64,000 nt of DNA from Squalus acanthias. Taxonomy: Eukaryota. Made by a program: the position numbers and the translations under genes. This document shows positions 13,425-25,513 of the stretch, piece after piece (within the stretch, counting starts at the first letter, position 1; every line of letters starts with the position of its first letter). The notes below the pieces were generated by a model. That model made no database searches. It saw only the letters and a list, made by a program, of their open reading frames with translations, and was not told where the DNA came from. The stretch covers positions 186,372,001 to 186,436,000 of the forward strand of contig CM059427.1 in the NCBI GenBank assembly GCA_030390025.1. Reading direction: 5' to 3'.

Positions 13425-13880
13425 TGGTGTCAGCCGGGGCTCAATGGGTTTAGAACTCACACTCACTTCTGAATCAGAAGGTCGTGGGTTCCAGATCCCA
13501 CTCCAGAGACATGTGCCCCAGAAGCCAGACCGACACTCCCCAGTGTCAGTAATGAAGGAGTGCTGCACTTTCAGAGGTGCTGTCTTTCGAATGAGAAATT
13601 AAACCAAGGCCCCTGTCTCCCCTCTCAGGTGGACGTAAAAGATTCCATGGTCACTATTTCTACGAAGAGCAGGAGAGTTCTTCCCGGTGACCTGGGACAA
13701 TATTTCATCCTTAAACCAACATCACTAAAAAATCAGATTATCTGGTCATTACCACTCTGCTGTTTGTGGGATCTTGCTGTATGCAAATTGACTGCTGCGT
13801 TTCCTACATTACAACAGTGACTATACTTCAAAAAAAATACTTAATTGGTTGTAAAGCACTTTGGGATGTCCTGAGAGCGT
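13425..13880 (+). mobile_element. tRNA-derived Deu-domain SINE (SacSINE1/AmnSINE-like)
   Basis: tRNA-like head (agaaggtcgtgggttc) then gaggtgctgtcttt...ccctctcaggtggacgtaaaagat...gatcttgctgt...gactatacttcaaaa. Confidence 0.7.
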
Positions 13881-14065
13881 GAATTATGGGACTGAGGTCT
13901 CTTGGAGTGGGACTTGAACCCATGACATTCTAATCCATAGACGAGAAAGAGAGAGAGAGAGCTAAACCCACTGAGCCATAGCTGACACTAGTGAAGCTGC
14001 GCAACAATTTAACCCCATCAGCCCTGGTAAATGATGTGAGCATTGTGCTTCCCTTTTCTTTGTAG

Positions 14066-14308
14066 GATGCGCAGAGCGTGGTGGTTGCTGACCCTAGGAA
14101 CACAAACAGTGATGCAACTGGCGAGGTGGAGACACCAGCTCCTCGGGATCTTTCTGAAGGTCAAGTGGGAGGAGATGCTGGTCATGGACAATGCGCCAAG
14201 CATGAGGATCTTCTGTACGCCAACATCAACTTCTTGAAGCTGCCCAGCAGTGATGGGAGGGTGCACAGAGGCGAGGACACGGAATACGCAGAGATCAGAT
14301 TCCAATGA
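14066..14308 (+). CDS. Gene A, terminal coding exon with ITIM (LLYANI) and ITSM/ITIM-like motif (TEYAEI)
   Basis: ctttgtag|GATGCG...TTCCAATGA; ORF 14078..14308 in frame; motif pair typical of inhibitory Siglec tails. Confidence 0.9.
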   Translation, partial: DAQSVVVADPRNTNSDATGEVETPAPRDLSEGQVGGDAGHGQCAKHEDLLYANINFLKLPSSDGRVHRGEDTEYAEIRFQ

Positions 14309-14497
14309 AACTGAGCATGAAATGGGAAGGGGGTGAAGGGTGAGGGTTGAGGTGGGTTTAAAATTCCAGGTAACACCAGGCAACCAGCTGGGGGAGATAT
14401 TGGGAGGATGGAAGAGACTAAAAGGTTTTATGCTTGACATGATTGGGATGAACTGCTTGACCAGGGACTTGATGCTTGATGCTGACCCATTGGGTCA

Positions 14498-15050
14498 AAC
14501 ATAGAAGATAGGAGCAGGAGTAGGCCATTCGGCCCCTCGAGCCTGTTCCGCCATTTAATGAGATCATGGCTGATCATCCAAATTCAGTACCCTGTCCCTG
14601 CTTCCTCCCCATATCCCTTGATCCCTTTAGCCTTAAGAAATATATCTATCTCCTTCTTGAATATATTTAATGAATTGGCCTCAACTGCCTTCTGTGGTAG
14701 AGAATTCCACAGGTTCACCACTCTCTGGGTGAAGAAATTCTTCCTCATCTCAGTCCTAAATGGCTTACTCCTTATCCTTAGACTGTGACCTCTGGTTCTG
14801 GACTCCCCCGCCATCAGGAACATCCTTCCTGCATCTAGTCTGCCTAGTCCTATTAGAATTTTATAAGTTTCAATGAGATCCCCTCTCATTCTTCGAAACT
14901 CTAGCGAATATAAACCTAATCGACCCAATCTCTCTTCATACGTCATTCCTGCCATCCCAGGTATCAGTCTGGTGAATCTTTGCTGCACTCCCTCCATGGC
15001 AAGAACATCCTTCCTCAGATAAGGCGACCAAAACTGCACACAAGGTGTGG
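14498..15050 (-). mobile_element. CR1 LINE 3' fragment
   Basis: ORF 14584..15063 is a CR1 ORF2 C-terminus; CR1 3' UTR and tail. Confidence 0.9.
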
Positions 15051-16454
15051 TCAAGAAATTCAAAGGTCTGCCTCTCTCTGCGCAAACACCTCACAGGCAC
15101 AGTGATCAAATGTGAGGGGGGAGGTGGTGATACGAGCTCACTGCGTGGAGTCAGGGAATTCTATGGCACAGGAGCAGGCTATATGGCCCATTGCGCCTGA
15201 AAGAGCTATCCCCTTCAGTCCCGTTCCTCCACCCGTTGAAAGAGCTCCCCCATTAGACCCAATCCTTGGCCCTTCCCACATTCGGTCCATCTCCCCCTGT
15301 GCTAGATCTCTGAAAAAACGTTCCCCTTAGTCCCAATCCCCTGCCTTTTCCCCATACTTTTAAAAAATGTTCCTTCTTCAAATATTTCTCCACTTCCCTT
15401 TTAAAATATATTCTGGATTCTGCTTCCCCCAGTGTTCCTGGCCGGACATTGTGCGTCCCAACAACCCTTTGCATAAAGACAGTCTCTCTGAACATCTGGT
15501 CAACGTGCATTCCACAAAGGGAAGTACAGATGAGAGAGGCCATTCAATCCATGTAGCTAACGGTTCCACATAAACACTGGGATCCTCCGTCACACCATCC
15601 CCCCCGCCTCGTGAAGGTTTATGACCCCTCTCCACGACCTGGATCCAATCCCAGGTGGCGATTGCCCTCTGTGAATTAGTTCAGTCCTGAAATTCTCGCT
15701 TTCCATCACGCCGTCATTGGCGGGCGTGCCTTCAGCCACCTAGGCTCTAAGCTCTGGAATTCCTTCCCTAACCCTCTCCACCTCTCTCTCCTCCTTTAAG
15801 AAGTTCCTTAAAACCTACCTCTTTTACCAAGCGTTTATTCACCTGTCCTAATATCTCCTTCCGTGGCTTGGTGTCAAACCTTTGTCTGAATTAACGCTCC
15901 TGTGAACCCCCCTTAGGGACGTTTTACTTTGTGAGAGGCACTATATAAATGCAAGTTGTTGTTGTATGTTTGATATTGGCAGAGTGCTAATGGAATCAAG
16001 GAGGGTCCTTCAACAGGGCAATAAATACGTTGCATGCCAACAAATAAGCATGCCCTTTGAACCTCCAGCCCTGGCGTGTGGCCACATCATAACCGAGGCA
16101 CTGCCTTACTGTGTGCAGCCAACATGGCCAAATAGTACTGACCAGAAATGTGGTGCCACTCAACTTTGATATCAGATCTGAATGTTATTTCTGATTATTG
16201 CACCTTTCTTATGCTGTGATAGATTGCAAGAAGCTTATGGGTTATGTATATTATAACATTTATTAACACAAGGGATTAAAATGCTCAGACTGTTATGTAT
16301 AAATATATCTATATTAAACATCTTACATTTGTGCACAATTCGTGTCTCCTAAATGTTACTTCCTATTGTCGCATTTCCCCCCCACCATTATGAAAATTCC
16401 TGTGTCCACATTTATAATGGAAACTTCCTATGTAAACATGTCACGCTGTAATTA

Positions 16455-16885
16455 TAGAAACATAGAAACATAGAATCTAGGAGCAGGAGTAGGCCATTCG
16501 GCCCGTCGAGCCTGCTCCGCCATTCAATACGATCATGGCTGATCATCCAAATCCAGTACCCTGTCCCTGCTTTAATCCCCACAGTACACATATCCCACCC
16601 TACCCCTGTAACCCCACGTATTTAATTCCCCCTAACATATCCCATCCTATCCCCATAACCCCACATATTTAATCCCCCCTAACACTAAGGGTCAATTTAT
16701 CATAGCCAAATCAACCTAACCCACACATTTTTGGACTGTGGGAGGAAACCGGAGCACCCGGAGGAAACCCACGCAGACACGGGGAGAATGTGCAAACTCC
16801 ACACAGACAGTCACCCGAGGTCAGATTCGAACCCGGGTCTCTGGCGCTGTGAGGCACCAGTGCTAACCACTATGCCACCGTGTTA
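16455..16885 (-). mobile_element. V-SINE (HE1-like elasmobranch SINE) with CR1-derived tail
   Basis: V-domain gggaggaaaccggagcacccggaggaaacccacgcagacacggggagaatgtgcaaactccacacagac; tRNA-like head; (CATAGAAA)n tail. Confidence 0.8.
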
Positions 16886-17004
16886 CCCTCCTACCATTGG
16901 CGGCGCTGTAATGTCATAGTTTTGTATCTCAGCGGAAATCTTCCCACTGTGTTTATGATATTATTAACACACAGGGACCGGGGGAATCTTCCGGCTGTGT
17001 TTTT

Positions 17005-18908
17005 TTTTATTCGTTAATGGGAAGTAGGGGTCGCTGGCAAGGCCAGCATTTATTGTCCATCCCTAATTGCCTTTGAGGTAGAGGTACTCCCACAGTGCTG
17101 TTAGGGAGGGAGTTCCAGGATTTTGACCCAGCGACGATGAAGGAATGGCGATATATTTGCAAGTCAGAATGGTGTGTGACTTGGAGGTGAACTTGGAGGT
17201 GGTGGTGTTCCCATGTACCTGATGCCCTTATCCTTCTAGGAGACTAAGGTCGCAGGTTTGGGAGGTGCCGTCGGAAAAGCCTTGGCGAGATGCTGCAGTG
17301 CATCTTGTAGATGGTGCACACTGCAGCCATGTTGCGCCGGTGGTGGAGGGAGTGAATGTTTAAGGTGGTGGATGGGGTGCCAATCAAGCGGGCTGCTTTA
17401 TCCCGGATGGTGTTGAGCTTCTTGAGAGTTGTTGAAGCTGCACTCATCCAGGCAAGTGGAGAGTATACCTTCACACTTCTGACTTGTGCCTTGTAGATGG
17501 TGGAAAGGCTTTGGGGAGTCAGGGGGTGAGACACCCGCTGCAGAATACCCAGCCTCTGACCTGTTCTTGTATCCACAGTATTTATGTGGCTGGTCCAGTT
17601 AAGTTTCTGATCAATGGTGACCCCCAGCATGTTGATGGTGGGGGATTTGGCGATGGTAATCCTGTTCAATGTCAAGGGGAGGTGGTTAGACCCTTGTTGG
17701 TGATCGCCATTGCCTGGCACTTGTGTGGCGCTAATGTTACTTACCACTTATCAGCCCAAGCCTGAATGTTGTCCAGCTCTTGCTGCATGCGGGTATGGAC
17801 TGCTTCATTATCTGAGGAGCTTGAATGGAATTGAACACTGTGCAATCATCAGCAAACATCCCCACTTCTGACCCTATGATGATGGGAAAGTCATTGATGA
17901 AGCAGCTGAAGATATTTGGGCCTGGGATACTGCCCTGAGGAACTCCTGCAGCGATGTCCTGTGGCTGAGATGATTGACCTCCAACCACCACAACCATCTT
18001 CCTTTGTGCTAAGCCAGTGGAGAGTTTTCCCCTTGATTTCCATTGACTTCAATTTTACTAGGGCTCCTTGATGCCACACTCAGTCAAATGCTGCCCTGAT
18101 GTCGAGGACACTCACTCTCACCTCATCTCTGGAATTCAGCTCTTTTTCCATGTTTGAACTAAGGCTGTAATGTGGTCTGGAGCTGAGTGGCCCTGGTGGA
18201 ACCCAAACTGATTGGTGAGCAGGTTATTGGTGAGTAAGTGCTTGATAGTACAGTGGACAACACCTTCCTTCACTTTGCTGATGATTGGGTGCAGACTGCA
18301 GGGGCGGGAATTGGCTGGATTGAATTTGTCCTTCTTTTGGTGGCCAGGCCACACCTGGGAAATTTTCCACATTGTCCAGTAGGTGCCAGTATTGTAGCTG
18401 TACTGGAACTTCTTGGCTGGAGGCGCAGCTAGTTCGGGAGCACAAGTCTTCAGCATGACAGCCAGGGTGTTGTCTGTGCCCATAGCCTTTGCTATATCCA
18501 GTGCACTCAGCCATTTCTTGATATCATGTGGAGTGAATCGAATTGGCTGAAGACTGGTTTCTGTGGTGGTGGGGACCTCAGGAGGAGGTCGAGATGGATC
18601 ATCCACTTGGCTGAAGAAGGTTGAAAATGCTTCAGCCTTGTCTTTTGCACTCACGTGTGGGCTCCTCCATCATTGAGGATGGGGATGTTCATGGAGCCTC
18701 CTCCTCTCGTTAGTTCTTTAATTGTCCACCACCATTCACGACTGGATGTGGCAGGACTGCAGAGCTTTGATCTGATCCATTGCTTGTGGAATCGCTTAGC
18801 CCTGTCTGTAGCATGGTGCTTCCGCTGTTGAGCATGCATGTAGTCCTGTATTGTAGCTTCCCCAGGTTGGAACCTCATTTTTAATTACGTCTGGTGCTGC
18901 TCCTGGCA
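17005..18908 (-). mobile_element. Degenerate CR1-clade LINE ORF2 (second family)
   Basis: Frameshifted RT pieces: PELAAP..., GVPQGS, MFADD, KLNWTSHI (ORFs 18136..18654, 17737..17997, 17244..17747). Confidence 0.8.
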
Positions 18909-19039
18909 TGCATAGAAACATAGAAGATAGGAGCAGGAGTAGGCCATTCGGCCCCTCGAGCCTGCTCCGCCATTCAATGAGATCATGGCTGATCATCCAA
19001 ACTCAGTACCCTGTCCCTGCTTTCTCCCCATATCCCTTG

Positions 19040-19319
19040 TGTCGGCCTTGCCGAATGTTGTTCTGGCACCACAATGTGCTTGACTTATGCCCTCGTGAGC
19101 TTCTTTTACAAGCTGTTCTCGTTTGTGGCTCGGGGGTACTTCTCGGTTTCCCTTGGGCAACTTAACTAGCACAATACCCGTAGGGGTTTCCAAGTAAAAG
19201 TACTTTGGTGGATATCCTGGTGGATTCTCTTTTATTGGGTCTGATAGCTGAATCAATTCCTTATCCTGATTAGCTGCCCGTTCTGCCCTCGTGATTACAC
19301 TAACATTGGCAGGCCCCTC
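19040..19319 (-). pseudogene. pol: ERV pol: integrase N-terminal extension and start of HHCC domain, truncated
   Basis: DKELIQL...GYPPKYFY...GIVLVKLPKGNREVPPSHKREQLVKEAH...AHCGARTT parallels foamy IN (GYPKQYTY...[21 protein letters not shown]); cut by a CR1 tail at ~19040. Confidence 0.85.
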
Positions 19320-19950
19320 TCAAGGGGGTGTCATGCAGACCGAACGTTTCGCTTGTTCGTCTGCAAGGCTGTTTCCTTTTGGGTGTACTGTCCCAGTGGT
19401 ATGCCCGTTTACATGAATCACCTGACAATTCTGTTTCTCCATTCTCGAACGAAGAATTTCTTCCCACAATGACTTATGTTTTATGGGTTTACCCTTATGA
19501 TTGTTAAAATTTATTTGTTCCCAGAAAACTAGATCTTGGTTATATCCTCTTTTACAGTAGTCACTATCCGTACAGATTAGTATGGGTTTAATATGGTCTG
19601 CCTTTTCTAAAGCATACCGTAATGCTGCGGCTTCAGCATATTGCGCTGTCTTATGGCCAAGGGGTATGGACAGTAATTCTTCTGGATAAAAAGAATAGGA
19701 ATCTCGAAAAGTCACTGCTACCATCCCCATCCCAGCTGAGGATTGTTGGGATGTCCCTTTTTTAATCGTTATTGACGATCCATCACAGTAAATAACTTGA
19801 TGGTATTCTGTAAGCGGTCTCATAGATATTTGTCTGATTCCCTCCTCCGGATCATCATCCTCCATGATGGGGAGATGCTCTAAGTCCATTTCCGGGGAGA
19901 GGAATTTAAAAATGAGTGTAGGATCATTCAAGAATGATGCCCATTTATCA
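19320..19950 (-). pseudogene. pol: ERV pol: end of connection domain and RNase H
   Basis: YCDGS...SAGMG...SIPLGHKTAQYAE...TDS...KPIKH...GH...GNSLADEQA; SIPLGxxTAQxAE is characteristic of foamy RNase H. Confidence 0.92.
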
Positions 19951-22941
19951 TAGAAACATAGAAACATAGAAAATAGGTGCAGGAGTAGACCATTCGGTCC
20001 TTCGAGCCTGCACCGCCATTCAATGCGTTCATGGCTGAACATGCTACCTCAGTACCACATTCCTGCTTTCTCGCCATACCCCTTGATCCCCCTAGTTGTG
20101 AGTGTTATATCTAACTCCCTTTTGAATATATTTAGCGAACTGGCCTCAACAACCTTCTGTGGTAGAGAATTCCACAGATTCACCACTCTCTGGGTGAAGA
20201 AGTTCCTCCTCATCTCAGTCTTAAATGGCTTCCCCTTTATCCTTAGACTGTGACCCCTGGTTTTAGTTTCCCCTAACATTGGAAACATTCTGCCCGCATC
20301 TAATTTGTCTAAACCAGTCAGGATGTTAAATGTCTCTATAAGATCCCCCCTCATTCTTCTGAACTCCAGAGGATACAAGTTCAGTTGATCCAGTCTTTCT
20401 TGATATGTCAGTCTGGCCAACCCAGGAATCAATCTAGTGAACCTTTGTTGCACTCCCTCAATAGCAAGAATGTCCTTCCTCAAGTTAGGAGACCAAAACT
20501 GCACACAATACTCCAGGTGTGGCCTCACCAAGGCCCTGTACAACTGTAGCATCACCTCCCTACTCCTGTACTCAAATCCCCTTGCTATGAAGGCCATCAT
20601 GCCATTTGCTTTCTTGACTGCCTGCTGCACTTGCCTTCCCACCTTCAGTGACTGATGTACCATGACGCCCAGGTCTCGTTGCACCTCCCCTTTCCCTAAT
20701 CTGCCACCATTCAGGTAATAGTCTGCCTCCCTATTTTTACCACCAAAGTGGATAACCTCACATTTATCCACATTGTACTTCATCTGCCATACATTTGCCC
20801 ATTCACCCAACCTGTCCAAGTCACTCTGTAGCCTCCTAGCATCCTCCTCATTGTTCACACTGCCTCCCAATTTAGTGTCATCCGCAAATTTGGAGATATT
20901 ACAATTAATCCCTTTGTCCAAATCATTAATATATAATGTAAACAGCTGGGGCCCCAGCACCGAACCCTGCGGTACCCCGCTGGTCACTGCCTGCCATTCT
21001 GAAAAGTACCCACTTACTCCTACTCTTTGTTTCCTGTGTGCCAACCAGTTCTCAATCCACGTCAACACATTACCCCCAATCCCATGTGCTTTAACTTTGC
21101 ACACCAATCTCTTGTGTGGGACTTTGTCGAAGGCCTTCTGAAAGTCCAAATACACCACATCTACTGGTTCCCCCCCGTCCACCCTATTGGAAACATCCTC
21201 AAAAAATTCCAGAAGATTTGTCAAGCATGATTTCCCTTTCACAAATCCATGCCGACTTGGACCTATCATGTCGCCACTTTCCAAATGGTCTGTTATGACA
21301 TCTTTAATAATTGATTCCATCATTTTACCCACCACCGATGGATGTCAGGCTGACCGGTCTATAATTCCCTGCTTTCTCCCTCCCTCCTTTTTTAAAAAGA
21401 GGGGTTACATTAGCCACCCTCCACTCCTTCGGAACTGATCCAGAGTCAAAGGAATGTTGGAAAATGATCATCAATGCATCCACTATTTCCAAGGCCACCT
21501 CCTTAAATACTCTGGGATGCAGACCATCAGGCCCTGGGGATTTATCAGCCTTCAGTCCCATCAATTTCCCCAACACCTTTTCCCGACTGATAAGGATTTC
21601 CCTCAGCTCCTCCGTCTTACCAGATCCTTTGATCTCTTTTATTTCCGGAAGGTTGTTTGTGTCGTCCACAGTAAACACCGAACCAAAGTACTTGTTCAAT
21701 TGATCTGCCATTTCTTTGTTCCCCATTATGACTTCCCCTGTTTCTGACTGCAGGGGACCTACGTTTGTTTTTACTAACCTCCTTCTTTTTACATATTTAT
21801 AGAAGCTTTTGCAGTCCGTTTTAATGTTCTCCGCAAGCTTCCTTTCATATTTTATTTTCCCTGCCCTAATCAAACCCTTCGTCCTCCTCTGCTGAGTTTT
21901 AAAGTTCTCCCAGTCCCCGGGTTTGCTGCTACTTCTGGCCAATTTGTATGCCACTTCCTTGCTTTTAATACTATCCCTGATTTCCCTTGTTAGCCATGGT
22001 TGAGCCACCTTCCCTTTTTTATTTTTACGCCAGACAGGGATGTACAATTGCTGTATTTCATCCATGCGATCTCTAAATGTCTGCCATTGCCTTTCCACTG
22101 ATAACCCCTTAAATATCGCTTGCCAATCTAACCTCGCCAATTCACGCCTCATACCCTCAAAGTTGCCCTTATTTAAGTTCTGGACCATGGTCTCTGAATT
22201 AACTGTTTCCTTCTCCATCCTAATGTAGAACTCCACCATACTATGTTCACTCTTCCCCAAGGGGCCTCGCACCACAAGATTGCTGATTAGTCCTTCCTCA
22301 TTACACAACACCCAGTCCAGGATGGCCTCCCCTCTAGTTGGTTCCTCAACATATTGGTTTAGGAAACCATCCCTTAAACACTCCAGGAAATCCTCCTCCA
22401 CCGTATTGCTTCCAGTTTGAGTAGCCCAATCTATATGCATATTAAAGTCACCCATGATAACTGCTGTGCCTTTTTTGCATGCACCTCTGATTTTCTGTTT
22501 CATACCCTCCCCCACCTCACTACTACTGTTTGGAGGTCTGTACACAACCCCCACTAATGTTTTCTGCCCTTTGGTGTTCTGCAGCTCAACCCATATTGAT
22601 TCCACATCCTCCAAGCTAATGTCCTTCCTAGCTATTGCATTAATCTCCTTTTTAACCAGCAATGCTATCCCACCCCCTTTTCCTTTTATTCTATCATTCC
22701 TGAATGTTGAATACCACTGGATATTCAGTTCCCAGCCTTGATTGTTCTGGAGCCACGTCTCTGTAATCCCAATCACATCATATCCGTTAACATCAATTTG
22801 CAGTCAATTCATCCACCTTATTACGGATACTCCTTGCATTAAGACACAGAGCCTTTAGGCTTATTTTATTAACACCCTTTGTCCTTTTAGACTTATGATT
22901 TAGTATGGCCCTTTGTGTCTCTTGCCTTTGTTTAGAGACAC
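19950..22941 (-). mobile_element. Young 5'-truncated CR1 LINE with near-intact ORF2 (APE endonuclease + RT), inserted in ERV pol
   Basis: ORFs 21325..22776 and 20049..21335 separated by a 4-bp gatg duplication; (CATAGAAA)n tail; splits the viral ...EKRATQIR|YDKWASFLNDP. Confidence 0.95.
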
Positions 22942-22942
22942 A

Positions 22943-24631
22943 TCGGATCTGGGTGGCTCTTTTTTCATCAGAAGCCATCTGATCTTAAATCGGGAATCTC
23001 AGTATAGATAGTAATGGGGTATTTCCCTTGAAGGGTTCGTGTCTTGATGAGGCATTGGATTACCATAGTCATGACCCTTTCTTTTTTAATGTATCTCCTT
23101 TCGACATTGGAAAAGTTATAAGATTGGAACTGAATGGGCACTATGCTCTTTTCATTATAGAAAACTGCAACTGCCACTTTAGGTGATGACCTGAGATGAA
23201 TCTTGAGGGGAACTTGTAGGTCCCTCTGTTCCAGGTCTATGGCTTTTTGTAACTCTCGGCATAATTGTTGCAATTTTGAGTTATCGTCTGGTGAAAATAT
23301 GAATGGTCCTTTTGCTGCCTAGCCCACTTGAGCATAGAGGGGTGCTGAGAGCTCAGCAAAGGTTGGCGTAAAGGATCGAGCAAAATTCAGGAGTCCTAAA
23401 CTGGCTTGCACATTTTTCAGAGTTTTAGGATATTGAATGGTGGCTAATTTTTCTTTATAGGATTGAGTTAATCCTCTACCGTTTCCAGTTATTTGTAGGC
23501 CCAGAAAATCTACCTCTTCCCTAACTAGTTGACTCTTTTTTATGTTGATTAAATTCCCAGCAGTTGTAAGTCTGGATAAAACACTATCAATGGCTTTCAA
23601 GTGCTCCTGGAGATTGTCATGTGACAGATATATATCGTCCACATAAGAATTGACATTAGGTAGGTCTTTTAAAAGGTCAATGATGTGGGCTGAAAAAAGA
23701 ACGGGGCTGTTTTGAAATCCCTGGGGCAATCTGGTCCAGCAATACTGATAACCATCGGGTCCAGTCATCGCTGTTTTTGGCCAATCAGCTTTTTCGATTG
23801 GATGTGACCAGAAGCCGTTTGCTAGATCAATACAAGATTTATATTTTTCCCTCGTGATTCCAGAGAGAAGGGCTGTGGAATTTTGCTGTTGTGCAGTATG
23901 TGGGGCCGTTACCTTATTTAAGGCTGTATAATCGACCACTAATCTCCACCTCCCATCTGGTTTAGCAACACCAAACAATGGTGAATTAGTTCTAGATGCC
24001 ATTTTGATTAAGACACCTTGCTCTGTTAGTTCTTTGAGCGTTGTTAGGAGATCTATTTTTCCTTTGTGGTCTTGAATAGGCCACTGTTTTTTAGGCTTGT
24101 GCCAGCCAGCATCAAGTGGGTGGCGTTTGATGTCTATCTTTCCACATTGATTTGGATGGCGTTGTAGATAAGGGTAGTATCTATTAATGAGTTGCTCAAG
24201 GAGGTCTTTGCCTCCCCCTCTAGGCAAGCTCGATCAAGCTGTGTTCGAACATGTTTTTCCCTGTCGTCCTGGTCTGTGGATGCTTCTACAGGTTTGGTTG
24301 AAATTTTAAGGTAATGTTTCATGTCTGGTTGTCCTATAATGAGAGAACAGGCCAATTGTGGTACCAGTCCTACATCAAGGGTCACCGTGATTCCATATAT
24401 AGTAATAGGTATTTTGTAAAAATTAATTATTTTGGTTTCGTCTTGTGTGAATCCCCCTAATTTTTTTTTACAAATTGGGCTTCCCAAATCTGTCCACTTA
24501 GTTTTTATAATTGCAGGATCTATTACAGTGTAATCAGCTCCCGTATCAAACAGGGCCTTCACTTGTGTGTTTGGAGGCCAGGTTGCCAGGGCATAGGGGA
24601 ATTCAAGAGGCCCTGGCTGGGTGCCAGGCCT
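22943..24631 (-). pseudogene. pol: ERV pol: protease, reverse transcriptase and connection domain (2 frameshifts, 1 in-frame TAG)
   Basis: KALFDTGADYT; NSPLFGVAKPDGRWRLVVDYTALNK; IDLANGFWSHPI; WTRLPQGFQNSP; YVDDIY; in-frame TAG at 23319-23321. Confidence 0.95.
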
Positions 24632-24690
24632 TCAATCCTGGGATTGTTCATCCTCAGGATCCTGAGTTTCATTTGCTGCTTTGTCTTTAA

Positions 24691-25215
24691 TTATTTTAAC
24701 TGATTTTTGTTCCTCCCTCTTGAGGGTTCATGTTTTCCAGATCCCTGAGGGGGTTTATCAGACTGTTTATTATAATGGATTCTAAGCTGTCTATAGTTTT
24801 CTCGAAGATTCTGGTCATTTATTTCTTCATGAGTTTGCCACCTTAACCGGAATCCATGGCCCCCAGGAGCACAGGCTGCTCCGGGTCCTGCTATTCGGCC
24901 ATGGTTGCCAGCACCTTGTTGGGCACCGTTCATTAGGCCTCCCAATTGTGCAGGTGTGCACCTTATCATTAAGGAATTTATTGGATTTGGAGTATTTGTT
25001 TGATTATCCCACTGGATATTCTGTATCCCCTGGTTCTGGGGATCAACATTAATTGTGCCATGTGTTCTAACGGCTCCTTCGGCATCAAAACCTTCTATTT
25101 CAAAAATTATCACTTGGTTTTGTGGAGGGACAGGGATAGGATTATTTCCCCTAATAAAGCAATCGTTTGAATTTCCTAATAAAAAGACTTGGCCAATTCC
25201 GACAGGGTTTGCCAT
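24691..25215 (-). pseudogene. gag: ERV gag: foamy-type N-terminal domain, apparently internally deleted
   Basis: First long ORF after the PBS; FIRGNNPIPVPPQNQVIIFEIEG...NPINSLMIRCTPAQL...HGRIA aligns by eye with foamy Gag NtD (ILRDRNIPRNPLHGEVIGLRLTEG...NPHTMFMISGPLAEL...FGPLA). Confidence 0.8.
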
Positions 25216-25279
25216 TTCGTCAGGACCTAACCTCGGTTAGGGTTTAATTTCGTCAGGACCTAACCTCGGTTAGGGTTTA
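25214..25279. repeat. 33-bp direct duplication with internal hairpin in the ERV leader
   Basis: atttcgtcaggacctaacctcggttagggttta x2; contains CCTAACC-tc-GGTTAGG. Confidence 0.95.
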
Positions 25280-25497
25280 ATATGAACTTGTTAAGAAGCT
25301 TCTAGACCTCAATGGTATATTGAGGGAGTTCTGATTTAAGTTCTACAAGGCCTGATCAGGGACTTGTCATCTCTAGAAACTTAAATCTGGGTCTTAGTAC
25401 CACTGTCAGTAAAACACTCCTTCTATACTTAACAATCTACAGGATATATATAGATATAAATATAAGTATAGCTTCTGTATCAACTCGTTAACACACA

Positions 25498-25511
25498 CAC
25501 ATTGGGCGCCA
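25498..25511 (-). promoter_or_regulatory. Primer-binding site, tRNA-Lys1,2 type
   Basis: Minus strand ...CCCTTCA-gt-TGGCGCCCAATGTG versus canonical TGGCGCCCAACGTG. Confidence 0.9.
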
Positions 25512-25513
25512 AC

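Noticed and set aside
13425-13500. tRNA gene (also ~16820-16885)
   Set aside because: tRNA-like heads of SINEs, without a complete cloverleaf.
2261-14308. Calling gene A MAG, CD22 or SIGLEC1
   Set aside because: Only family-level similarity. The N-terminal exons are outside the window and orthology needs phylogeny and synteny.
14400-19040. Remnant env or accessory genes or a 3' LTR of the provirus
   Set aside because: Region is accounted for by CR1, SINE and L2-type fragments; no LTR match or env-like ORF seen.
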